From: Candidatus Latescibacterota bacterium
Lineage (GTDB): Bacteria > Latescibacterota > UBA2968 > UBA8231
Direction: 5' to 3'
Length of the DNA stretch: 64,000 bases
NCBI GenBank assembly: GCA_965248355.1
Contig: OZ252098.1
Coordinates: 2,944,001 to 3,008,000, forward strand
This document shows, piece after piece, positions 8,193 to 16,402 of this stretch (the first letter of the stretch is position 1; each line of letters begins with the position of its first letter). The notes under the pieces are model-generated. The model did no database searches. It worked only from the letters and a program-made list of their open reading frames with translations, and was not told the origin of the DNA. The translations under genes and the position numbers were made by a program.

Positions 8193-9515
8193 TTACAGTT
8201 CTTTATCCATAGTATCTAGGTAAGCACCATGCGCTTCCAACTCAACCTTTCCAAAATCAATAGGCCACTCGCCAAACGCGCCGCTCTCATCCAGGTCCGC
8301 ACTGTCTATGCTGGTCACACCTTCACGATCTCTCGAGAACCAGTGTAACCTAACCAACTTAGGATCAATATAACCCTTAGCTACTAGGGTCTGGATCTGA
8401 ATCAACAACAGCGAGCTGTGCGTCTCTATAACCAGTCGTTTCCCTCGTTTCGCCGCATCTACAAGGATCTTCGCCAAAGCATGCTGCGCGCCAGGATGAA
8501 GATGCAGCTCCGGTTGCTCTATATACACAAGCTGTCCAGGCTCACTAGCCAGGAGCGCCACAAGCACAGGGAGCACCTGCGAAACTCCAAATCCAACATC
8601 AGCTATGTCTACCAGGTCAGACTGAGGTTGTTTTTCTTCCAATGTGCGACCAACCCGCAACTCAGCCTGAGCATCACTGATACCTCTAGCAGAAACCTCA
8701 GAGGTCAATCCCAATTCCGAGAACATAGATCCCAGTTGCTGAATCTCGCCCTTCCCTCCTTCCTGCCAAGAGGAGACTAGGGAGGGTATGTACTTCTCAA
8801 AAGTGTCAGAAAACTCAGGCCCGAAAACTGCCGCGAACTTCCTGTAGGTCCGCTCCGGACTTCCCCGCAATCCCGGAACATGAATCACTCGTTGAATGTC
8901 ATTCCTAACACAAAGAATAGACGGCGACGGAAGATTAACGGAGTCATAGTCCTTTAGAGCAATCTCCAAGAAGATGCGTTTCCTAACAACCTGCAATTGT
9001 CGATTCTTGTAGATCCTTCTGAACTCCTCCGGCACGAGTTTTCTTGCCGCTTCCTTCAACTCCGCCGATCTCATCCCCGGAGTTATGTGGTAGCGGTAGG
9101 GTGCTTCAGTTCTCGATGTGGGAGTAGTTGAACACTCGAGCCGCCTTACTTCTGGAGGTCGGCCTTGAGAAGCGCCGAAACTGAACTTAACGGAGTGACG
9201 GCCGAGGTAATCTCGACTTTCAATTGCAACGCTCAGAGCCTTGGTCGCGCGAGCCTTTCGAGATCGCGAAATGAATTGATCAGCTGATGTGAACCTGACA
9301 TTCGGACCGTCTAACATCAAGGGACCGGGATCGTAGGTGGAGTCAAGAGTCTGCTTCATTAGCAGCAGAGGTTGCATAATGCTTGACTTTCCAGAGCTAT
9401 TTGCACCTGCCAGTATTGTTAACGGACGTATCTCGATTCTCCGTTGATTTGCAATAGACTTAAACCCCTGAACGGAAATGGCGCTGATTCCGTAATGCTG
9501 CTTTGACTGAGCCAT
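8193..9515 (-). CDS. Soluble ABC-type ATPase (AAA_15/AAA_21-like) with DUF3696-like C-terminus
   Basis: Start MAQSKQHYGISAISVQGFKSI; Walker A GANSSGKS; signature VGFGVSQVLPVL; Walker B IEQPELHLHP; IETHS; C-terminal 'LDESGAFGEWP'; lower GC than flanks. Confidence 0.88.
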   Translation of the reverse strand: MAQSKQHYGISAISVQGFKSIANQRRIEIRPLTILAGANSSGKSSIMQPLLLMKQTLDSTYDPGPLMLDGPNVRFTSADQFISRSRKARATKALSVAIESRDYLGRHSVKFSFGASQGRPPEVRRLECSTTPTSRTEAPYRYHITPGMRSAELKEAARKLVPEEFRRIYKNRQLQVVRKRIFLEIALKDYDSVNLPSPSILCVRNDIQRVIHVPGLRGSPERTYRKFAAVFGPEFSDTFEKYIPSLVSSWQEGGKGEIQQLGSMFSELGLTSEVSARGISDAQAELRVGRTLEEKQPQSDLVDIADVGFGVSQVLPVLVALLASEPGQLVYIEQPELHLHPGAQHALAKILVDAAKRGKRLVIETHSSLLLIQIQTLVAKGYIDPKLVRLHWFSRDREGVTSIDSADLDESGAFGEWPIDFGKVELEAHGAYLDTMDKEL

Positions 9516-9741
9516 GGGACAAGACTCCGCTTGCTCGTGACGTTGCTTTGCCAGATGGGCACCACTTATGGTGCTTCCGCCTGCTGACTTACCCAATCCA
9601 GATGATTCTCGCTTGATTCTCGCTTCATACCCAACACAAGTCAAGTCCGAATCGAATTGCGATCGGTAGTGTACCCCAAATCCTGGACAGGTGGCTAAGC
9701 GAGACTTTGCGTCCACCGACCCACTGTCCGGAGGGGCTTGG

Positions 9742-10035
9742 ATGACGAGGAAACGCAAGACGCATTCGGCGCAGTTCAAGGCCAAGGTGGCCTTGGAGGC
9801 TCTGCGCGAACGGCAGACAGTCAACGAGCTGGCCCACAAGTTCTCCGTCCACCCCAGCCAGATCCACGGCTGGAAGAAGCAGTTGCTGGAGCGGCTGCCC
9901 GAGGTCTTCCGGGGCCCCGGGACCCGCCGGGCCGACGACGAGGCCGCCTTGGTGCCCGAGCTCTACCAGCAGATCGGGCGGCTGCAGATGGAACTGGAGT
10001 GGCTTCAAAAAAAACACGAGGCTCTCGGTGGCTGA
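9742..10035 (+). CDS. IS3 transposase OrfA (HTH)
   Basis: [48 protein letters not shown]. Confidence 0.9.
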   Translation: MTRKRKTHSAQFKAKVALEALRERQTVNELAHKFSVHPSQIHGWKKQLLERLPEVFRGPGTRRADDEAALVPELYQQIGRLQMELEWLQKKHEALGG

Positions 10036-10855
10036 GCGCCGCGCCCTCATCGAGCCGCACCCCGGCCCGCTGAGCGTGCATCGGCAGTGCCAACTGCTCG
10101 GGCTGGCCCGCTCCAGTTTCTACTACCGCCCGGAGGCGCCGGATCGGCTCACCCTCGACCTGATGAACGCCATCGACCGGATCTACACCGAGCACCCGGT
10201 CTACGGCGTGCGCCGGATCTGCGCGGCCCTGAGGCGGGACGGCTACCCGGTCAATCCCAAGCGCGTGCACCGCCTGATGAAGGCCCTGGGCCTGCAGGCG
10301 ATCTATCCCCGGCCGCGACCGACCACCCCCAACCCTCAGCACCGGGTCTATCCGTATCTGCTGCGAGGGGTGACCGTGAACCGGCCGGACCAGGTGTGGT
10401 GCAGCGACATCACCCATCTGCCGATGCCCTCCGGCTTCGTCTACCTGGTGGCGGTCATGGACTGGTTCAGCCGCTACGTGCTGGCCTGGCGGGTCTCCAA
10501 CACCCTCGACGCGGCCTTCTGCCTGGAGGCCCTGGAGGAAGCCCTGAGCCAGGGGCGGCCGGAGATCTTCAACACCGACCAGGGGGCCCAGTTCACCAGC
10601 ACCGCCTTCACCGGGCGGGTCGAGGCGGCCGGGGCCCGGGTGAGCATGGACGGCCGCGGCCGGGTGCTGGACAACATCTTCATCGAGCGGCTGTGGCGCT
10701 CCCTGAAGTACGAGGACATCTACCTGAAGGCCTACGACAGCGTCCCCGAGTTGATCGAGGGCGTGGCGGCCTACTTCCGCTTCTACAACCTCGAGCGGCC
10801 GCACCAGGCCTTCGACTACGAGACCCCCAGCGATGTCTACCACCGGGCGGCCTGA
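10028..10855 (+). CDS. IS3 transposase OrfB (DDE/rve), probably fused to OrfA by -1 frameshift
   Basis: [37 protein letters not shown]. Confidence 0.92.
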   Translation: MAERRALIEPHPGPLSVHRQCQLLGLARSSFYYRPEAPDRLTLDLMNAIDRIYTEHPVYGVRRICAALRRDGYPVNPKRVHRLMKALGLQAIYPRPRPTTPNPQHRVYPYLLRGVTVNRPDQVWCSDITHLPMPSGFVYLVAVMDWFSRYVLAWRVSNTLDAAFCLEALEEALSQGRPEIFNTDQGAQFTSTAFTGRVEAAGARVSMDGRGRVLDNIFIERLWRSLKYEDIYLKAYDSVPELIEGVAAYFRFYNLERPHQAFDYETPSDVYHRAA

Positions 10856-11153
10856 GCGCGGGGGCTCCTCACGGCCTCGGTGGCCCGGCCTGGGTGCAAG
10901 TCCGGGAGGCGGGGCTTCGGTCCCAGCGCCGGGGCGCAGTACGGCTCCATTACATCTCGAGACTCTCGCTTGTACAAGCCCAATTCCTGTCCAGTTGACG
11001 GGGTACACTTCCATCTTGGGCAGAACCCCCGTCTCTGTTCTGAGGAATTCCGGCTTTACGGGCTAGCGGTCGCATATTGCGATCGAAGGGCAACGCGAGC
11101 ATAAGCCGGATTCCTAAGCTGTCTGGGGAATTGAGACGAAATGACCGCAGGAG

Positions 11154-13049
11154 TTATCTCAATCTGCGTTCAGGCCTCACCTCCCCCCGCACCACCCCGC
11201 CCACCCCCACCACATACCCCCCCGCCTTCAGCCCCCCCAGCTCCTCCACCGCCCCGTTATCTCCGCCCACCTCCCCCCGCACCACCCCGCCCACCCCCAC
11301 CACATACCCCCCCGCCTTCAGCCCCCCCAGCTCCTCCACCGCCCCGTCCGCCCAGCGCACCGTCACCTCCTCGGCCGCCTCCGCCTCCCCCAGCCCGAAG
11401 GTCAGCTCCCGCGCCCCCTGGCTCAGGTACGACGATCCCGTGCGCACCCGCAGCGACTGGATCCGCCCGCCGGCCCGCACCGTCACCAGCGCGCCCAGGG
11501 CGTCGGTCCCCGGGGATCTCCCCCGCAGGCGCAGGACCAGGGCCCGGCCGCCCTCCAGGTCGTTGCGCAGCAGCCGGGGGGTCCCTCCGTTGGTGGTGAT
11601 CAGCACGTCCGGGTCGCCGTCCCCCTCCACGTCGCCCACGGCCAGGCCGCGGCCCACGAGGGGCTCGACCAGCGCCGGCCCGGCCCAGGCACTCGCGTCG
11701 AGCAGCAGGCCCCGGCCGTCGTTCCAGAACAGCTGCGGCGGCTGGGCGTAGGCGATCTCCCGCTGCACGGCGTTGATCTCGGGCTCGATGTGGCCGTTGG
11801 CCAGGATCAGGTCCTGGCGGCCGTCCAGGTCGTAGTCGAAGAACCGCAGGCCAAAGGTCAGGGTCGGCAGGGTGGGCTGCACAAGCCGGCTCTTGCCGGC
11901 CCCGTCGAGGAAGACGGTGCCGCCCGCCGCCGTCTGCCGGTAGAGGGACAGGGACTCGCGGCTGAAGTTGCCGATGCCGATGGCCAGCACGCCGTCGCCG
12001 GCCAGGTCGGCCACGTCCACGCCCATGCCGGCCCGGGCCCGGCCCGACTCGTCGTAGCCGATGCCGGCCGCCGTGCCCACCTCCTCGAAGCGGCCGCCGA
12101 GGTTACGCAGCAGGAAGTTGGGCTGCGTGTCGTTGGTGATCACCAGGTCGACGCGGCCGTCGGCGTCGAAGTCGGCGGCGGCCACGCCCATCGACTTGGC
12201 GTGGGGCAGCAGCAGTCCGGCCTCCTCGGTAATGTCCAAGAAGGCGCCGTCGCCGCGGTTGCGGTAGAGGCGCGGCGTCGAGCCCGTGTACTGCTGCGGC
12301 GTGGCGTACGACTTGTTCTTGCCGTCGAAGCTGGCGTAGAGGTCGTTGGCCGGCGACCACTGCACGTAGTTGGTCACCAGCAGGTCGGGCCGCCCGTCGC
12401 CGTCGACGTCGGCCCAGGCCGCGCCCGTGGACCACTCCGGGTGCCGGCCGCCGTCCTCGCCGGTCCAGGTCTCCCCCGCCACCCCGGCCGGCCCCGCCAC
12501 GTCGGCGAACCCGAGGGGCCGGTCCTGGCGCAGCAGCAGGTTGTCGCCCAGGGTCGTCAGGTAGAGGTCGGCGTCGCCGTCGGCGTCGTAGTCGGCGGCG
12601 GTCACGCCCATGCCGTAGACGCTCACGTCAACGCCCGAGCCGGCGGTGACGTCGGTGAAGGACCCGGCGCCGTCGTTGGCGAACAGGGCCGACGTGGGCG
12701 CCGATCCCTCCCCCTCGTGGCCCGGCCACCAGGCGCCGTTGACCAGCAGGGCGTCGTCGTCGCCGTCGCCGTCGAGGTCGTGGAGGGCGCAGCCGGAGCC
12801 CATGGTCTCGGGCATCCACTTGTCGCCGAAGGCGCCGGTCTCGTGGCGGAAGCTCAGGCCCGCCGCCGCCGCGGTCTCGGTGAAGGTCACCGCCGGCGGC
12901 GCCGGTGCGTCCCCGGCGCGGGCGTAGTCGGGGGCCGGGCGCGAGTACGCCGGCGGCTCCGGGGCGACCTCGGGGGCCTCCTCGCCGCACGCGGCCAGCA
13001 GCAGCGCCGCCGCCGGGGCCAGCCGCCGCAGGCGGCGTCCGCGGGCCAT
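11154..13049 (-). CDS. CRTAC1-family FG-GAP/VCBS repeat protein with ASPIC/UnbV C-terminus, putative lipoprotein
   Basis: Start MARGRRLRRLAPAAALLLAAC (lipobox); repeated DxDGDGxxD motifs; 'GSSYLSQGARELTFGLG' ASPIC/UnbV motif. Confidence 0.9.
   Translation of the reverse strand: MARGRRLRRLAPAAALLLAACGEEAPEVAPEPPAYSRPAPDYARAGDAPAPPAVTFTETAAAAGLSFRHETGAFGDKWMPETMGSGCALHDLDGDGDDDALLVNGAWWPGHEGEGSAPTSALFANDGAGSFTDVTAGSGVDVSVYGMGVTAADYDADGDADLYLTTLGDNLLLRQDRPLGFADVAGPAGVAGETWTGEDGGRHPEWSTGAAWADVDGDGRPDLLVTNYVQWSPANDLYASFDGKNKSYATPQQYTGSTPRLYRNRGDGAFLDITEEAGLLLPHAKSMGVAAADFDADGRVDLVITNDTQPNFLLRNLGGRFEEVGTAAGIGYDESGRARAGMGVDVADLAGDGVLAIGIGNFSRESLSLYRQTAAGGTVFLDGAGKSRLVQPTLPTLTFGLRFFDYDLDGRQDLILANGHIEPEINAVQREIAYAQPPQLFWNDGRGLLLDASAWAGPALVEPLVGRGLAVGDVEGDGDPDVLITTNGGTPRLLRNDLEGGRALVLRLRGRSPGTDALGALVTVRAGGRIQSLRVRTGSSYLSQGARELTFGLGEAEAAEEVTVRWADGAVEELGGLKAGGYVVGVGGVVRGEVGGDNGAVEELGGLKAGGYVVGVGGVVRGEVRPERRLR
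11178..11347. repeat. Perfect 80-bp direct repeat, 90-bp period, in the 3' end of the CRTAC1 gene
   Basis: 11178-11257 is identical to 11268-11347; duplicates GAVEELGGLKAGGYVVGVGGVVRGEV. Confidence 0.95.
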
Positions 13050-15985
13050 CAGGTCCCGCCCCCGGCGCCGGCCTCCGCGGGCGAAAGCTCGTGCAGATGG
13101 ATGGCCTGGGTCTCGAGGTTGTCGTGGGGGTGGTCCAGGCGGTAGCGGCGGGTCACGGCCTGGGCCGACTCGTCGATCTGGTAGTACTCGTAGGCCTGCT
13201 CCGCGGCCTCCGCTTCCTGCTGCCGCCCCAGGCTGCGCAGGCTGAGCATGCGGTGGTAGTGGGCGCCGCGGTCCTCGGGATCGATCCGCAGGGCCTGGTC
13301 GAGGGCCTCCAGGGCCGGCTCGAAGCGGCCGTCCAGGTAGAGGACGCGGCCGAGGTTGCGCCACGCCGCGCGGTCGGCCGGGAAGCTCTCCAGCACGTGG
13401 CGGTAGGCCAGCTCGGCGTCGGCGTAGCGGCCGCTCTTCTGGTGGGCCACGCCCCACACCCAGGCGGTCTGGGCGTCGGCCGGGGCCAGCTCCTCGCAGC
13501 GCTGCAGCAGCTCGTAGGCGCCCTCGAGGTCGCCGTCGGCCAGGGCCGCCCGCGCCATGTTGCGCGGCCCGTCCACGCGCTCCGGATGGCGCCGGGCCAG
13601 CTCCGAGAAGGCGGACGTGGCCCCGCGGGTGTCCCCCTGCAGCAGCAGCCCGATGCCGTAGTCGTTGAGCCGCTGCCAGGCGTCGGGGCCGGGAGCGGCC
13701 CGCCGCGCGGCGGCTCCCTGGACCAGGGGCAGGGTGAGGGTGTGGGCGGCGATCTCCGTCACCGGCAGGTCGGGCACCTCGTCGAAGGGCCGGAACCCCT
13801 CCCGGTTGGCGTGGAAGGCGAACTCGGTGTAGGCGCGGTCGAACTTGCGCCACAGCAGGCGCGCCGTGACCGTCAGCGACCCTCCGCCGTAACCCGCCGG
13901 CACGGTGAACCCGTAGTGGGCCACGTCCGCCGTGCCCGGGCCGACGACGCGCACGTAGACCGGCGCGTGGATGTCCTGGGCGTTGCGGCGGTGGATGGCC
14001 CGGCCCTCGCCGTCGACCAGCAGGGCCTTGTAGAAGTGGGCCGCCGGGTCCACGTGCCCGTCGGCGCCGAGGGCGCCGCTTCTCGCCAGCACGCGGCCCT
14101 CGGCGTCGGCCACGGTGATCTCCAGCCAGCCCTCGTTGGAGTCGTTGGTGCCGCCCGGGAAGGTGTGCCCCACGCCGAGGTTGCGCACCGAGACGTCGAA
14201 CTCCAGGCGCTCGCCGGGGCGCACGGGCGGCGGCGTTAGGGCGGGCTGGTACTCGACCGGCCCGCCGGGCCGGCGCAGGGCGGCGATGTCGACGCGCAGC
14301 TTCGAGTCGCGCAGAAAGGCCTCGATCCGCTCGATCGTCTCGCGGTCGCCGCGCAGGAAGGGCAGGGCCGTGTTCACCGCCAGGAAGCGGTGGGAGCGCA
14401 CCAACCCGTCCTTGGCCGACACGTCCCCCTCCACGGCCTCCTCCAGGGGCATGTGGCAGTCCTGGCAGACGCGCCGGAACCCGGGCCGGTAGAAGGTGCG
14501 CGAGGCGTTGAGGGCGACGCCGCTGTCGTGCCAGTTGTCGTACTCGTCCTGGCCGCGCAGCCAGCGGTAGCCGTTGAGCCTCGTGTCCAGGCTCACCTTG
14601 TGGCAGGTGGCGCAGAACTCGGAGGTCTGGAAGAAGGGCTTGAGCATCTGGCGCTTGTGGACCGCCGGCCGCGCCTTCAGGGCCGTGTCGTGGAGCAGCC
14701 GCAGGATCCCGTGCTCCGTGTCGGCGAACAGGTAGGGGTCCTCCTGGTGGTCGGCGATGTTGTAGTTGCCGTTGCCGGTGACGTCGTGGATGTGGTCGAT
14801 GGCATGGCAGGCCAGGCAGGTGAGCCCCGCCTGCGCCTGCGGTGTGCTGCGGTCGATCTCCTCCGTCATCTGGCCGGCCAGCATCAGCGCCGGGTCGTGG
14901 CAGCCGGAGCACCACTTCGACTTCACCAGCGCCTGGCGCCCCGTCAGGTCCTTCCCGCCCCGGTCCGGGTCCAGCCGCGAGAAGTGGTCGATGTGGGCCT
15001 CCACCTCGGCGTTGAGGGAGGTGGAGTGTTCCCGCATGTCGTTGATGGTGGCCTCGTAGAAAGGATTGTTGAAGGAGGCGAAGCGATGGGCCGAGGCCGC
15101 CCACTGGGCCACCACCGAGGCGTGGCAGCGCTGGCAGTCGAAGGCCCCCAGCCTCTCGCTGACGACGAAGCCCTGCTGCTCGATCTCGCGGTCCAGGAAC
15201 TCCTGCTCGGGCAGGCCGCCGCGGGTGATGATCCGCGACGGCAGATAGGAGCCCGTGGTGGTCGTCGTGGCGGCCGGGAAGAAGGGGCTCTGGAAGGGGA
15301 CGAAGTTGGCGGGCACGAACTCCGTGGGGCCGCCGCCGAGCTGCCGCTGCCGCGACCCGGGCCCGGTGTGGGTGCCGCTGGCGAAGGCCTCCCGCGCCGC
15401 CTCGGTGTAGGCCTCGCGGTCGTAGGTGAGGCCGTGGACGACGATGGCGAGGCCGGCCAGACCCGCCGTGGCCAGGGGCACGACGCGGTAGCTGCGGGCC
15501 GAGGGCTTCCAGATCGAGATGCGCCGGTGGGCCAGGTAGAAGACGGGCAGGGCCGCCGCCGCAGCCACGTGGCACCACCAGGCCCAGGCGTTGTCGCGGC
15601 TGTTGGCCTCGGTGAGGATGAAGAGGCCCGTCACCAGCAGCGTCACCCCCAGGGTCACGGAGGCCAGGCCGGTGTAGATCGCCCGCCGGCGGTGGCGGCG
15701 CCAGACCGTGGGCAGGTGCCACTCGACGAAGGCCAGGGCCAGGATCACCAGGATGATCCCCCCCACGGTGTGCCAGAGCACCATGGACTGGTAGAACCGG
15801 GGCAGGGAGAGGTCGGTGACCGCGAAGTAGCCGAGGCCGAGGATGTCGGCGGCGCGGTTGGCCAGCAGGTAGAGGGTGTCGGCCAGCATCAGCACGCCGA
15901 GGCCGACGACCAGCAGCAGCAGCCGCTTCTGCAGGGGGCCGAGGCGGGAGCGGCGCGGGGCGGGTGCGGGGGGCGATTCGTTCAC
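13049..15985 (-). CDS. Membrane-anchored multiheme c-type cytochrome with C-terminal TPR repeats
   Basis: About 5 N-terminal TM helices; five CxxCH motifs (CQRCH, CSGCH, CLACH, CATCH, CQDCH); TPR-like C-terminus (AAWRNLGRVLYLDGRFEPALEAL). Confidence 0.88.
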   Translation of the reverse strand: MNESPPAPAPRRSRLGPLQKRLLLLVVGLGVLMLADTLYLLANRAADILGLGYFAVTDLSLPRFYQSMVLWHTVGGIILVILALAFVEWHLPTVWRRHRRRAIYTGLASVTLGVTLLVTGLFILTEANSRDNAWAWWCHVAAAAALPVFYLAHRRISIWKPSARSYRVVPLATAGLAGLAIVVHGLTYDREAYTEAAREAFASGTHTGPGSRQRQLGGGPTEFVPANFVPFQSPFFPAATTTTTGSYLPSRIITRGGLPEQEFLDREIEQQGFVVSERLGAFDCQRCHASVVAQWAASAHRFASFNNPFYEATINDMREHSTSLNAEVEAHIDHFSRLDPDRGGKDLTGRQALVKSKWCSGCHDPALMLAGQMTEEIDRSTPQAQAGLTCLACHAIDHIHDVTGNGNYNIADHQEDPYLFADTEHGILRLLHDTALKARPAVHKRQMLKPFFQTSEFCATCHKVSLDTRLNGYRWLRGQDEYDNWHDSGVALNASRTFYRPGFRRVCQDCHMPLEEAVEGDVSAKDGLVRSHRFLAVNTALPFLRGDRETIERIEAFLRDSKLRVDIAALRRPGGPVEYQPALTPPPVRPGERLEFDVSVRNLGVGHTFPGGTNDSNEGWLEITVADAEGRVLARSGALGADGHVDPAAHFYKALLVDGEGRAIHRRNAQDIHAPVYVRVVGPGTADVAHYGFTVPAGYGGGSLTVTARLLWRKFDRAYTEFAFHANREGFRPFDEVPDLPVTEIAAHTLTLPLVQGAAARRAAPGPDAWQRLNDYGIGLLLQGDTRGATSAFSELARRHPERVDGPRNMARAALADGDLEGAYELLQRCEELAPADAQTAWVWGVAHQKSGRYADAELAYRHVLESFPADRAAWRNLGRVLYLDGRFEPALEALDQALRIDPEDRGAHYHRMLSLRSLGRQQEAEAAEQAYEYYQIDESAQAVTRRYRLDHPHDNLETQAIHLHELSPAEAGAGGGT

Positions 15986-16109
15986 GGGTCCGAGGGCGCG
16001 GAAGGGGGGCGGGCGCCTGTGTCTCGGGGAGGCGTCCTGGCGGCACTCAAGATAAGGGACGGTGCCCGGCCATGCCCGAGGCCGGGACCGGTCCGCGGCG
16101 CCTGAAACT

Positions 16110-16280
16110 GCACCACGGACCCTCGGGGACAGCGTTGGGACGCACCAAAATGCGCCGCGATGGTTTCGTCTCGGTGGACGCCGGCCCGCGTACGGCTCGC
16201 CTGACGACGCAGCCGTTGCAATTGATGGGCAGCGCGCCCTGTGTGAATAGCGACGCCACCGGCGGCTCCGTTCGTTCTGG
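16110..16280 (+). pseudogene. Remnant resembling the C-terminal beta-sandwich of a beta-propeller glycoside hydrolase-like protein
   Basis: 'ALGRTKMRRDGFVSVDAG...LTTQPLQL...VNSDATGGSVR' with no catalytic N-terminal part. Confidence 0.5.
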
Positions 16281-16402
16281 ACCCCGGCGGGACGGTACGA
16301 TATTCGGCCGGCTTTGCCTTCTTCTGATCTGGAAGTTCACGCAGCCCTTCAGCGGCAAGGTGCTCTTTCTTCCCGAAGCCCCCCGCAGGGAGGAGAGTGA
16401 TA

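Larger units (their letters stand above)
9670..11007 (+). mobile_element. IS3-family insertion sequence
   Basis: Imperfect terminal inverted repeats TGTACCCCaaatcCTGGACAGG (9670-9691) and CCTGTCCAGttgacGGGGTACA (10986-11007); orfA/orfB with an A8 slippery run at 10007-10014. Confidence 0.93.

Noticed and set aside
9516..9839. N-terminal extension of the ATPase into the IS
   Set aside because: Runs antisense through the IS3 left end; the family-typical N-terminus begins at 9515.
13050..16046. 1630-aa ORF as a single giant protein
   Set aside because: The upstream part is an off-frame shadow of the cytochrome gene; only 11154-13049 has protein-like composition.
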